A stretch of DNA of 64,000 bases, taken from positions 212,722,001 through 212,786,000 of the forward strand of contig OZ024740.1 of assembly GCA_964016885.1 (NCBI GenBank), read 5' to 3'. Numbering within the stretch: the stretch's first letter is position 1; each line of letters opens with the position of its first letter. The stretch comes from Eledone cirrhosa. Lineage: Eukaryota. A program made the translations under genes and the position numbers. The notes below the pieces were generated by a model. It worked only from the letters and a program-made list of their open reading frames with translations, made no database searches and was not told the origin of the DNA. This document shows positions 26,898 to 41,889 of this stretch, piece by piece.

Positions 26898-29800
26898 TAC
26901 TGGCAGCAGGACCCGGCGTTGCACGGGGTAGGAAACGTGAAATAGCAACACGCAAGGATTGAGGAATGTAGCTGTGTACTTTTTGAATTCCCTTATTCTC
27001 AGGGAATAATTGTTCATCTACTGTAAACGTAGAACACCAACAGGCCGAATCCAGTAGTAGCAGTGTCAGTGGGCTGATTGCGGAAATCCTGTATGCGAAA
27101 GGAGTAAGTGTTGTGGAGCGATGTATGTCATAAGTCTGTTCACGAATTACGTCACGGATGGGGAACGCACGTCAGTCTGAAGGAGCGACGTAGCCAATTG
27201 TGTGAAAACCAAGTAGGGATTTACGTTTAAGTAGAGATATTGAGATGACGAAATCAGCGTGACAACGCAGCTGCAGCAGAAGGGGGTCATAGTGCAATTA
27301 GCACAAACGCTGGGCGGCACTGGTTGCACTGCGTTTACACAGCAATAAAGATGCGACAAAAGGGGTCACCGCAGAATTAGCACAACCGCTGTTCGGCGTA
27401 CTTGCGCAGGGCATTCATACTGCGGTGTAGGTGTGTAGCAAGAGTTGCCTCCCTTGTTATGACGATCACATCACCAGTAGCGCTCTCTAGACAGGAAGTA
27501 GATGGAGTTACTTCCCGTTGAGGTGGCAGAACCTTCTTTGTCACTTCCGTCCTGGGACCCAAAGGAGATAGCAGAAAGGTATCTTCCTCTCTTTTAACCT
27601 GCCTGGCCCTTCGGCCAGGCGCGTTCCGAGGGTATATTCTCTGGCAACCTGAATATGGTAATGTAAAGACCTCTTGGTCTCTTGCGCGATGACTTCAAAA
27701 CGGTAAACAACTAACTTTAATTCATTCTTTCATCTCTCTTGGCATGTCAACTATTCTGCTCTACATAACTCAACCTTGTTAAATAAAAACATTGTGCATA
27801 CAATCCAGTGTCCTGTTATAAGTAGTGACCCCGAGAAAAAAATAATAGGATCTGGCGTTGTGTGAATATGAAAAAAAAAGAAAATTAATTAGCAGTATTT
27901 CAAAAAGAAAATATTCCTCTAACACCATTCCACATGGATTTTTTCTACAACATTTTTTCTACAACATTCCACATGGATTTTGTCTACAACGAAAAATATA
28001 AGTAATCTTTTCCTCAGCAGCAAACAAACAAAAAACAATTTTGCTTTTCACCTCACGTGTTTACATCGTTTGAATGTGTTTCAATCACTGGATATATCCT
28101 TCGTCCGTCTCACAACGAACACTCAAAAAGACTTGGACTCCTGTATTCTTATATTCAACATGTCAGTTTTGATGAACATCACAGCTCGCTTACTCATTCA
28201 ACTAAGCCTTTTTCGCTACTTTTTCATCACTTTCACAAAAAAAAAAAAAAATTGAACCCTCGCCATATTGGTTATACAAAGTGAATATAGCCTTTCTTTC
28301 TTATTCATCATATTATCACGTTCACACACAAATTTTTTTAAATGGCTGCCAACGACCTGTTGCACTATCATTTTCGCGCCATTTTCTCGTGCAATAGAAA
28401 TATTTTTTTTTCAACTTGACTTTAACCTTGTTTCGGCACGTATGGGGGCACACATCTCGACTCACTGAGATAACACACGCCATAGATAATGTTTCTTGCC
28501 AAGGATTCTCCAGCCTTAAGCTATAATCTCCTATTTGCCGGTTTAAAAATTTACCACGTAAATTTGCCGTTGAAAACTGCGATTTTTAAGAATGCTTATT
28601 TCTTTGGTCGCTAGCCTCTTGACCCTTCCAGGTCAACGCGTTCTCAACATCGACCATCAACTTTGGCTGTTATTTCTAGCACTTTGCGCAACTCATTTTT
28701 TCTGGGAAACCTTTTATTGTGAACGGAAACAACATCGAATAGGCTCACTCCGCGAGATAACAACATCAACAACAACATAGCTTCATCTTTGCTTTATCAA
28801 CAACCAAAACCAGCAGAAGAAAACACAGAGAATTTATTTTTGCAGCACTCTTCCTGTGAGAAAATCCCACCGGGTTTGGAGGTTGGGAATTTCACGTTGT
28901 ACTACAGTCCAGAAACCACCTGCATACATTATCTGGAACACACTCTCTTTCCTGCTGTGATGTGATTGCACACCTGTGAACTTTATTTTTGAACATGTGA
29001 TTTTTTTAAAAATAACTATGTTCGAGCACGTTTCTTTGTTCCTTTAACCTCTTCTTTTAGTTTGATTACATAGTATCTTTGTGTGATGGATACATAGATG
29101 TCCAGTTGTTCTCTGGCCAAGAGCGGTTGGCTACCTTGATATCTATCATTGATTTTTGCATGCTTATATTTTGCTGTTTTGCTTTTATTGCAAACATTAT
29201 TTTTTTGTAATTTTCATGCCTGGACTTTGGTGTTACATGCTCGCCATCTTACTTCATACATGGTTGATTCGAGTTTTAGGTTTTAAAAATCTGGCGGGGG
29301 ATAATGTAGCAAGAGTTGCCTCCCTTGTTATGACGATCATATCTCCAGTAGCGCTCTTTAGACAGGAAGTAGCTGGAGTTACTTCCCGTTGAGGTGGCAG
29401 AGCCTTCTTTGTCACTTCCGTCCTGGGACCCTACAAAAGAGATAGCTGAAAGCTATCTTCCTCTCTTTTAACCTGCCTGGCCCTTCGGCCAGGCGCGTTC
29501 CGCCGAGGGTATACTCTCTAGCAACCTGAACATGGTAATGTAAAGACCTCTTGGTCTCTTGCGCGATGACTTCAAAACGGTAAACAACTAACTTTAATTC
29601 ATTCTTTCATCTCTCTTGGCATGTCAACTATTCTGCTCTACATAACTCAACCTTGTTAAATAAAAACATCGTACATACAATCCAGTGTCCTGTTATAGGT
29701 GCAACAAAAGGAGGTCTTAGTAGAAGTAGCACAGACGCGAGTTTTACGGTCTCAATAGCACAGCAACAACATACACAGGGTCCAGATTTGCACGTGATCA

Positions 29801-30246
29801 AAGCACGAAGCGTCAACAGGGCGCCGACAAAAATTTTAAGGTCCTCCTCAATCCCCTGAAAATGGTCCTGCTTAAAAGTAAGTGTTGTGTCCTCTGTTAA
29901 ATAAACCAAATTTTTAACGAAATATTATACGCTACTTACGATGTTTAAGTAGCGTTTATATTGAAAATGAAAATGGGATGTAATGCCCAATGCTAATTCG
30001 TAAATTTCCTAGAAGCCATTAATGGAATCGAAAATTTTTTTTGTCCACAGTAATGCGAGGGGACTAACTAATATGTGCTGTTAACTAATATGTGCTGCCT
30101 AATGGCAGAAAAAGTGAACATTTTTAGCCCATTGCACTTCAAGAAATATAAGTAATGCATGTCTAAGGTTTGAAAAAATCCGTCGAGTACTTCTCGAGTT
30201 GTAGGGATTTACACAGACAGACATCCTCTGTTTTATATAAATAGAT
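26898..30246. mobile_element. Probable non-autonomous Helentron/DINE-1-like element
   Basis: Left end tactggcagcaggacccggcgttgcacggg; right end acagacagac..ttttatataaatagat; both resemble HINE/DINE-1 termini. Confidence 0.5.
27434..29697 (+). mobile_element. Non-coding LTR retroelement (TRIM/LARD-like)
   Basis: LTRs 27434-27820 and 29305-29697 (tgtagca..tgttata), 4-bp TSD ggtg, PBS-like tagtgaccccga, PPT ggcggggga. Confidence 0.85.
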
Positions 30247-30306
30247 GTATTGAGTACCTTACTGTGGCTACCCCCGATTTAACCCCGGATACACACACAC
30301 ACACAC

Positions 30307-30408
<102 letters not shown>

Positions 30409-30527
30409 TATAAAGAGTCGGGACCCCGACGGCTGAATTCTTGCCGTTTCAACAGTTAATTCCAGCATAAATATATAAACAGCTCGAATAGTACCTGCTG
30501 TATGGCAAGTACAACTTCGGTTTATAC

Positions 30528-30607
<80 letters not shown>

Positions 30608-31977
30608 TATATAAATATATATAAATATATATATATTAGGTATAAACCTAAGATAGATAAGCATAACACATATATTTGAGTGGTGTCTACTATAAATTTG
30701 TGTACTATAAAGTGTGAAGAACAAACAGACAAAATTTACCTAATTTTTCCTCATGGCCCAGAAGGAATTAACTAAATAAATAATCAATTAATCCGAGCTT
30801 AATACAATTATAAGTTTAAATAAAAAAATAAACAAAAATTTATCCATTTATTCCTCTTAGTCCCAACTGCAATTTCAATTGCTTTTGTGCAGTGAAATGC
30901 ATTTAAATTGCACTTAAGCTGTAAGGTAGTAAGCTAGTTAAACTCTGATAAACTGCAAATGACTCCCTTCTTCAGACCGGGGAATTCCAGATTTTGAAAC
31001 AAAAGAAAATGAACAACGTGTTGCCTAGAGGTCAGCATATGTGGTCACGTTGACCCTAATTTGGTGACATCAGAACAACAATTTAAATTACTGCTACAGT
31101 CTCAGGCTGTATATACTTAGATGATCTGTTCACAGCTCAGCCCCTCTTTTAACATGAGCACCCAGCACAGAATTGAAGAGATCAGAGACAAAAACAAAAT
31201 CAATTATTGATCTCTGTCCCCAACTCCCCTCATATCATCTATATTTATGGATGTCTTTGTGCTGGAAGGTGTTCATTATAAAGACCCCATAATTAAAACA
31301 GCAATTTAATAAGGCTTGAACGGGATCACGGTCCATTCGAATCACTCCGATGGTCAGTGCCAACATATGTATTGAAGTCTGGGTTGGGGACACTTCAGGG
31401 GGGGGGGGCATCAGACACAACAAACCCCCAATTTTACATATCAAAGTTAGCTTGGCGCAATTGGAATTGAAAAGTTATACATACAAGTATTAAATAAAAA
31501 AATTCTGACCATCCAAAAACTAAAAAGCCCGACTAAGGACACAAATAAATTGCTCCGTCTATCGCTGGTGCCCCCCACCCCCACCCCCATTGCAGGGGGC
31601 CCCGGGCAATTGCCCTCATTTTATCCAGCCCTGATTGAAGTCTTCTATTAGGATATATTAATTACATTATGAAATGACACAGACAGAGATGGACAGATGG
31701 AACAATAGAAATATGAGTAGAGAAAGAGATAGAAAGAAAAACAGATATTTCCGGTAATTTCAGAAAATATACTGTCATGAATTTTATAGGGGAAGAAATG
31801 TTGTGGCTATGATAAGCTAGAGTTCTAATATATCAGGTTTCACAACTGTAAGCACTCACACACACATATACATATATATATATATATGCGTGTGAGTATG
31901 TATACATATACACACATACATATATATATATGTGTGTGTGTGTGTACACACACACCTGCGCGTATGTATTTAGCTAG

Positions 31978-32220
<243 letters not shown>

Positions 32221-32227
32221 ATATATA

Positions 32228-32640
32228 TAGCCCTCTTAGATAGACACTTTCCCATAGGTCATAAATACCGCTCCATCTTTAACCGACACAAAATAAAACT
32301 AGGATACTCCTGCGCTAAGAACACGAAGGCCCACATCACCAACAGCCCTAAGAGCAACACCCCACCAGGGTGCTCTTGCCGTAAGCCCGAAGCTTGTCGC
32401 CTTCAACAGCAATGCAACACACCCGCTGTAGTTTATGAAGCTGTGGTCACTTCCAACCGACCAAATCAACCACAGGAGGTCAAATCCTATGTGGGTATGG
32501 CGGAGGGCCGATTTAAGGAACGCTTCCTGAACCACCAATCGACCTTTAGGTACCCGGACAGACGTTCATCCACGAAACTCGCGAGCCACGTATGGTCCCT
32601 CAATGAAATGAATACTTCACACGTTGTCCACACGTCTGGA
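32228..32640 (+). pseudogene. PLE GIY-YIG fragment
   Basis: IFNRHKIKLGYSC..CSC..VVYEA..YVGMAEGRFKERFLNH. Confidence 0.85.
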
Positions 32641-32840
32641 AACACCTCTTACATAACTACAAAGCTCTGGATTGAATTACAACATACTAATTTTCTTATC
32701 AACCAGAAACTTTCGGACTTTCGCAGTTATCTCCCTTACACCTCTCGCACGCAATTTAGTATTGCCTGTGTGAAGTGATCGTTTCTGCGCACGCGCGTTC
32801 GTACGGTTGTTCTTCCTGTTCCGTATAACCATGTCCAATA

Positions 32841-32878
32841 CGAGCTGAGGATCCGCTAAGGGGAAACAATTTTTCTCG
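32841..32878 (+). ncRNA. Minimal type I hammerhead downstream of the PLE fragment
   Basis: cgag-CTGAGGA-tcc/gctaa/ggg-GAAA-caattt-TT-ctcg; stem III is one change from caattg. Confidence 0.7.
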
Positions 32879-33159
32879 GTATGGTGACTAACTGTTGTGT
32901 AACCACTTCTATATATATATAATGCGTAGAAATATCCATGATCTCCAGCAGACAACAGATGAAGGAAACTTTTCTCCCGTTCGTGCCTTCCTCTTATTTA
33001 TTAATACACCTTATCCAGCAACTACACAGCCCCTGTTTCTTGTATAGATATCTCTTCTTATAAGACGATCTCTCTAGTGCTGGTGGCACGAATAAAAGCA
33101 CCCAGTCCATGCTGTAAAGTGGTGCTGGTGTTAGGAAGAGCATCCAACCAGTATATATA

Positions 33160-33985
33160 CTACTGCTAAACACTATGAACACAACGATTGAAATTTGCAA
33201 CAACTGCGTCAACAGCAATAACACTAACCATGTTAGGGCTGCGCACGGTAGTGGGGTGGCTGGTGCGGCCATGAGCCAGAACCCCCCGACCGTCATCAAG
33301 CAATCGCACAACAACGACAACTGCGTCAACAGCAATAACACTAACCATGTTAGGGCTGCGCACGGTAGTGGGGTGGCTAGTGAGGCCATGTGTGAGAACC
33401 CCACGACCGTCATCAAGCAATCGCACAACAGGAAAAAGAACGAGACGTCGCATCTCAGAATTGCAACACTTAATGTTGGCACTCTAACAGGTATATCTAG
33501 TGAGATAGTGGAGATGCTGGAGAGAAGGCATGTAGATGTGTGCCGTGTGCAAGAGGTGAGATGGAGAGGTGCCTATGCAAGACTAATCGCAGTCAAACAT
33601 CGTAGTTATAAGCTTTTCTGGGTGGGTAATGATGATGGGTTAGGTGGGGTGGGCATATTACTGGCTGAGAGGTGGATCAACAAGACAATATAGGTAGTTA
33701 GAGTTAGTAATAGAATAATTAAGCTTAGATTAGTTGTAGGCAAGAGACTACTGACAATCATCTCTGCCTATGCTCCCCAGGCAGACCTAGGTAAAGAAGA
33801 GAAAGTCTGCTTTTATGAGCAACTTTTACAAACAGCCTCAATGACAGAGGACAGAGACATCGTTATGATAGCAGAGGACTTCAATGGATATGTTGGACAG
33901 CTCCAGGATGGATATACTGGGGTACATGGTGGGCACGGGTACGGCTCAAGAAATGAAGAAGGAGTGAGGCTTCTTGAAATTTGTT
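33160..33985 (+). mobile_element. 5' part of the RTE-like LINE family seen at 17.1 kb
   Basis: LRIATLNVGTL..QEVRW..GVGILL; 33710-33980 matches 17135-17410; in-frame 117-bp tandem duplication. Confidence 0.85.
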
Positions 33986-34069
33986 CAGGTTCCGTTTGGT
34001 TCGTCAAAGGGAACCTGAACCGTTAAGGTCTCATTCCTGGGTATGTCACTATTTATAAAACAAATTTTG

Positions 34070-34130
34070 TATTTTATCTGATGAGAGCGTACCAAAGTTT
34101 TGGTACCCTTGAAATATATATAATAGAATA
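34070..34130 (+). ncRNA. Type I hammerhead ribozyme
   Basis: tattttat-CTGATGA-gagcgtacca/aagttt/tggtaccctt-GAAA-tatata-TA-atagaata. Confidence 0.8.
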
Positions 34131-34239
34131 AATATGGTTTTATAAATATAGTTTCCATTTATTAATATCACATATATATATATAATGTATATATTTAATA
34201 TATATATATAATGTATATATTTTATATATATATATACAT

Positions 34240-34359
34240 ATTAGAAAATATATAGCTTTCACCGTATTTTTGACTAAAGGAATTTTAGCCTAATAATGGG
34301 GTTTATCAGGCTAAAATTCCTTTAGTCAAAAATACGGTGAAAGCTATATATTTTCTAAT
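34240..34359. repeat. 120-bp palindrome
   Basis: About 51-bp perfect arms; each arm carries GAAAGCTA reading outward. Confidence 0.9.
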
Positions 34360-34394
34360 TTCAAACCTGCTCACTGTTTCAAAACATACTTACT

Positions 34395-34455
<61 letters not shown>

Positions 34456-34460
34456 ATATA

Positions 34461-34516
<56 letters not shown>

Positions 34517-34724
34517 GGAAATCAGTAAAATCGAATCTCAGGCGGTTTGCAAGTAAATTCGGCCTACTTATATGAAGTGATGGGTTAGCGAAGCACTCGA
34601 TAAGATAGGTCTCAGAGTTATAACATACGTTTAAATAGCTTGACAAATCGGACATTGTGGTAGGCCAAACTAACACACAATACATACCAAAGCAACGAAA
34701 AAACTATATTTTATATATATATAT

Positions 34725-35140
34725 ATATATATAAAGTTGTATTCCTGTCTGTTTGTTTGTTTGTTCCCGAACTACTCCTATGGTTTTGGAAATAGACCCC
34801 CATAACTATATATATTCTGAAACTACATTGCCCAGGGTACTTGTATAAGTATATTTCATTTTCATCAAAGGGTTCCCCGGGGGCACAAACCCCCGCAGAA
34901 TATGTTTTCCCTTCGATTTATATGAAATTTCAACGATAGGCAATTGACAAGATATAATACCTATTCACAAAATTTCAGCAAATTTCAATAATATTAAGAC
35001 ACCCTAATGGGGGCGTTAAACCCCCTTCTAGAGCTCCCCGGGGGCTCAAACCCCCGTTGAAAATTTTTTCCCTTCGATTTATATGAAATTTAAGCCATAG
35101 GTAAATGACAAGATATGTCTATTCACAAAATTTCATGGTA
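34725..35140. mobile_element. Helentron/DINE-like end fragment with about 160-bp internal tandem repeat
   Basis: tatataaa..tgtctgtttgtttg end; tccccgggg..aaacccccg..ttcccttcgatttatatg occurs twice. Confidence 0.45.
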
Positions 35141-35149
35141 TAAACAAAA

Positions 35150-35925
35150 ATTACATGGTATAATCCACCCTACTCTGCGGGCCTGAAGACCAGCCTGGCC
35201 CAGTCATTCTTTAGGGCACTGGATAAATGCTTCCTGAGGACCCAAAGATACCGCAAAATCTTCAATAGGCACAGGGTGAAGCTTTCGTACTCCACCTCGT
35301 GCAGCGTAGCCCAGCACATAACTAATATAAATAGGAATAGACTTAGGACCTTTGGATATTCAACAGCTGATCCTATAGCCACCCAGCAGAGCCATGATGG
35401 GGTAAATGGTGGACCCGGGACTGATCCGAGGAACTCCAACCAACCCAGGGACCCTGTACTAATCTCAGGGATCAACCACCCCAAACTACACAAAAGGAAC
35501 CCCACAATAAGCAGAAACCCCACATTATGCCCCTTGGTAATGAATGCCTAGTGAAGAACACAGTATACAGATGCAAAGTTACAACCCCTAACCCAGAGCA
35601 CCTTTACAAAGGAGCCACATCGATGAGCTTCAAGGACAGATGGTATAACCACCGCCATGTCTTTAATAGGATCAACAAAAGGAAAAGTACAGCTCTTTCT
35701 GAACTGATCTGGAAGCTCAAGCTGGACAAGACCCCGTACTCTTTGGTCTGGTCCAAGATTAGGGAGGTGCCATCTGACAGAGGGGGATCTGGCATCTGCA
35801 ACCTCTGTCTGAGTGAGGCTCTGGAGATACTCAGTGGTGGGAGTAATCTAATCAACCTTAGGGCCGCTCTCTTTGGTACTTGTAGACACCTTAGGACAGG
35901 AACTTCCCTCAAGCTATATGGATAG
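35150..35925 (+). pseudogene. PLE fragment (linker plus GIY-YIG), frameshifted
   Basis: IFNRHRVKLSYS; CPLGNECL..VYRC..FKDRWYNH..CNLCLSE. Confidence 0.85.
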
Positions 35926-36044
35926 CAACCCCCTCTCAATGAGCCCCCGAGCACCAACCACACCCCTACACCTATCCCTCTAATCTCGTCTCGAATAGCA
36001 CTTATAACACCACTGAACCATACATATATATATATATATATAAA

Positions 36045-36300
36045 GTCTGTCTTAAGCCAGAGGCTCATTTGGCCGGTGCTTATCGCGGTTTCGTGGCGTC
36101 AAACGACTGAGAGTACAAGACGCCAGTCCATCGCAGTGTTAAACCTCCAGTTATTGCTGGTACTCATTTTCAGCTGAGTAAACTGGAGCAACGTGAAATA
36201 AAGTGTCTTGCTCAAGGAAACAACACATCACCCGGTCCGAGAATTGAACTCACAACCTTTCGATTGCAAGCCTAATGCTCTAATCACTAAGCCATACGCC
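36045..36300 (-). mobile_element. tRNA-derived SINE, same family as 11698
   Basis: Reverse-complement similarity to 11700-11975. Confidence 0.7.
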
Positions 36301-36302
36301 TT

Positions 36303-36377
<75 letters not shown>

Positions 36378-36395
36378 ATATATTATATATATATA

Positions 36396-36446
<51 letters not shown>

Positions 36447-36462
36447 ATATATTATATATATA

Positions 36463-37373
<911 letters not shown>

Positions 37374-37394
37374 AAGACAGACAGACAGACAGAC

Positions 37395-37451
<57 letters not shown>

Positions 37452-37456
37452 AAGAC

Positions 37457-37509
<53 letters not shown>

Positions 37510-37599
37510 GATTAGTCCCCGGTTTAATCGGGGGTAACCACAGGAAGTAAGGTACTCAATACATTTCTATAGTAAACATTAAATACATACATACATACA

Positions 37600-38005
37600 T
37601 ACATTGGGACCACACATTGAAAACATGTTCTGTTGTGGAGATCAGCTGCCCACTTGATGTAAACGTTGTCAGAAAAATACAGGAGAAGGAGGACATCTAC
37701 GGACCATTGATGAGGAGTTTACAAATCCAGTATCCAAGATACACCTTTAGCTTCATACCCATCATTATTGGAGCTACGGGTTATATACCAACCCGCTTGG
37801 ACCAATGTATAACTGAACTTGGATTTGCGGACAAAGAACGCAGCTCCCTAATTCATAATCTACAAATGGCTGCTATAGCTGGCACCTTCAAAATTTGCAA
37901 AATATTCTTGCGATTCAAGGGATGACCATTTCTTTTCTTTTACAACCTTGCCACCAGGAAGGTGGCCGGTCAAAAAATATACTCGAAATTAAGAGAAAGA
38001 GATAA
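37600..38005 (+). mobile_element. 3' end of an RLE-type non-LTR retrotransposon (R4/Dong/NeSL-like)
   Basis: VVEISCPLD..EKEDIY..PIIIGATG restriction-like endonuclease tail; (TACA)n flanks. Confidence 0.7.
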
Positions 38006-38649
38006 ACATATATACATACATGATGGCTGCGCCCTCGTTATCGAGTATGGCCATTGCATGATATACCATTATTAATAATTATTAATTAATTCTATCGTGC
38101 AATGCCTGTGCGTGAAGATATTTTTTAAAGTGAGGAAAGACTGTGCACTGAGCCAATCCCACTCTCTGAGCGACAGTATCTATAATCCGAAAAGAAGAAA
38201 AGATCAACATCATCGGTAACTACTGAGCCGCAGGTTTTATATCGGAGTTATCCCAGTTTCCTGAGTTGCCTTCTCCTAGAAGAATGCCCTGACAAAGGCT
38301 AGGGGTCCTTCACTCCCAGTGGTTTAACCGCGCGATCGGGTGTCCAGCCGACATACATACATACATACATATTCATATACACATGCACGCAACTATGTAT
38401 ATGCCGATACAATTTAATTCGATAAAATGCAGTTGCTTTTTCTTTGTTTATTTTCTAATTTTCTATAGTTCTGTTCTGATGTTGTCCCTATATTTGTTGG
38501 CCTGGTGTTAAAGAAATTTTACGAGCACCGGACAAAATATACTCTTTTACCTCTTTCCAGTTGACTGTTGTATGTAGTAATATAATAACTGTGGTATTCT
38601 GTCATAAATACAGCCCCGGACAAAATATCTTATAATATCTAGTTATATG

Positions 38650-39627
38650 ACTTTTTTTTCATTCTGCGTTTAAATCGACATTATCTTGCATATTTTTTAG
38701 ATCGATAAAATAAGCAGCAGGCAAGTAGTTAGATCGATTAAGTTGACTACACCTATCTCCCAAATTTTGTGGCTTTCTGCCAGTTTTATTATTGAAATCA
38801 TTATTAGTGGATTGGCAGTATCGGTAGAGCGTCGGACACCATGCTTTTTTTGGCATGGAGTTAGGCCCTTTACGTTCTGAGTTAAAATCCCGCCGAGGTT
38901 AGCTTTGCCTTTCATTTTTACGGGGTCCCCGCACTGGGGTCGATTTAATCGACTTTCCCTGCCCTCAAAATTGCTGGCCTTGTGCCTATACAGAAACCAT
39001 GATATTTATTATCATTCATACGCTTTTGCTCTGGCAGATGTTATACCGACACTATACCAAAAGAGTGAGCCATAGACAATGGCCAAACTTCCTTTGGATC
39101 TATTCTTTCTCCTTCAACCTTCCAACGCTCTCTTTAGAATCCTTGCTGTTCCTAGCAAGGCTGTTTTCTGCAACAACCCTGTCATGGTGGTAATTCCTAG
39201 CTTCTCAAGCCATGCATCTAACATTTTATATTTTCCCCTATATGTAGGCCCTTGCAGCCAATAAAGAAAGAATTATTATTATTTGTTTCTCCTTTTAGAA
39301 CAAGGCCAGCAATTACCCCAGTGCATTACTGGTGCTTTATTATTTTATCGACCCCGTAAGGATGAAAGGCAAAGTTAACCTCGGTGGGATTTGAACTCAG
39401 AACGTAAAGGGCCATAAGTTTATGCTGCAAAGCTCTTCCGATACTGCCAAGTTTCCTTTTATACACGCAGAGACCCATATTTGTACCGTCCTGCACCTTC
39501 CTTAATGTTTTCCTTTACGTAAACCCCTCTGGTTAATAAAGAAATCATTATTATTGGGGTCGATTTAATAGAGTTTCGCCTCCCCCAGTCGCCTACCCAA
39601 TTTGCTGGCATTGTGCCTAAATAAGAA

Positions 39628-39630
<3 letters not shown>
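38650..39630. mobile_element. Cluster of SINE copies and fragments in both orientations
   Basis: aatcccgccgaggttagctttgcctttcat at about 38886, reverse copy at about 39360, ggggtcgatttaat tails. Confidence 0.65.
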
Positions 39631-39684
<54 letters not shown>

Positions 39685-40139
39685 CATTAATGTATTCATT
39701 CTTCCATCACCAAGTATGTATAAATAGCGGAAAATATTGCAGAGGGACGTTAATCTATAAATCAATATATCTTAATCATTTAAGTTATTTTATTTACGTA
39801 AGAAGTATTTGAACTGTTATTAATTCTAGAGATAAATACACTTATTCTGTTTCGACAACAGACGAAAACATGCAAAGAATTATGTGCACACAATGTGCAT
39901 CACGTTCTCTTCCCACTACAGCCTACTTTCTTGCACACACGCGCACACACGCGCACACACACACATACACACATACGCGCGCGCGCACACAATGTTTGCA
40001 CGTAAAAGACGAATTCCCGAACAGAAAAGTATTGTATTATATGAATGTGAGTGTTAAAACAATAACAATAACGAAATATATGTATATATATATCTCCATA
40101 TGGGAGTTATACTCATATATATATATATATATATAATAC

Positions 40140-40206
<67 letters not shown>

Positions 40207-40311
40207 GTGTGTGTGTATACATATATATAGAAGTAAAAAACAAAAACAATAACAAAGAGTGCATTACAGACAGTGTTGGTATTAGGTTCACGCTTCAGAG
40301 TGGGGGTGGGT

Positions 40312-40432
<121 letters not shown>

Positions 40433-40457
40433 AATATATATATATATAAATAAATAT

Positions 40458-40611
<154 letters not shown>

Positions 40612-40626
40612 CGAGAGAGAGAGAGC

Positions 40627-40678
<52 letters not shown>

Positions 40679-41189
40679 CCAGTATAGAGTGGTAAATATA
40701 GTTTATGTTACAACAGCCGACGTTTAACGTTCCAACACAAAAATATAAACAACACTTCACACAATCCTTTCAATTACACAAAACATCATTTTAGAAATGT
40801 TTTCTTATCCATCGAATCCCGTCATATGTTTATATTAGGAAATGGCTCTCTGCAATTAAAACAAAATAGAATTGCTTACCAAACGACAATAAAGTGAAAA
40901 ACCTGAAAACTCGGATTTGTTGATCTCACGGAGGAGTGACTAAGATTAGACTTTTAGAACGGCCCCAACACCTAGAATTTTAAGAAAACCTTCCTCTCAT
41001 TCACGCCCTATGCATATGTGAGCGTGTATGTGTGTAGATACATACCTATATACAGATACATATGTATATATAAATATATATATGTGTGTGTGTGTGTGTG
41101 TTATTTGTACAGATTAATGTTTAAGCAAAGAATCGGTGCTTTCGCCCTTTTACGTTTTTAGTCTTCATAATTATCATTATATATATATA

Positions 41190-41885
41190 TAATAATTGTT
41201 TCTACTTTTGGCACAAGGCCAGCAATTACCCAGTACATTACTGGTACTTTATTTTATCGACCCCGTAAGGATGAAAGGCAAAGTTAACCTCGACGGGATT
41301 TGAACTCAGACCGCCAAGGGACGTAACTATGCTGGAAAGCATGGCGTCTGACCCTCTACCGATACTGCCAACCCACCGCCCTGTATGTATATATATAATA
41401 ATAATCACATATATGTATATATATAATAATATATAATATAAATATATATAATAATATATGTATATATATATATAATAATAATCATATATATATATATATA
41501 TATATATATAGTAATAATTGTTTCTACGTTAGGCACAAGGCCAGCAATCACGCAGTGTATTACTGGTACTTTATTTTATCGACCCCGTAAGGATGAAAGG
41601 CAAAGTTAACCTTGGCGGGATTTGAACTCAGAATGGCAAGGGCCGTAACTCTATACGTCAAAGCATGGCGTCCGATAGTAATAATTGTTTCTACTTTTGG
41701 AACAAGGCCAGCAATTATTCCAGTGCATTACTGGTACTTTATGTTTTCGACCCCGTAAGGATGAAAAACAAAGTTAACCTCGGCGGGATTTGAACTCAGA
41801 TCATAAAGGGAGGTAACTCTATGCTTCAAAGCATGGCGTCCGACCCTTACCGATACTGCCAATCCACCGCGTCCGATAGTAATAA
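41190..41885 (-). mobile_element. Three head-to-tail SINE copies
   Basis: taataattgtttctac..aaggccagcaat..gaccccgtaaggatgaaa..gatttgaactcaga occurs three times. Confidence 0.8.
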
Positions 41886-41889
41886 TAAT

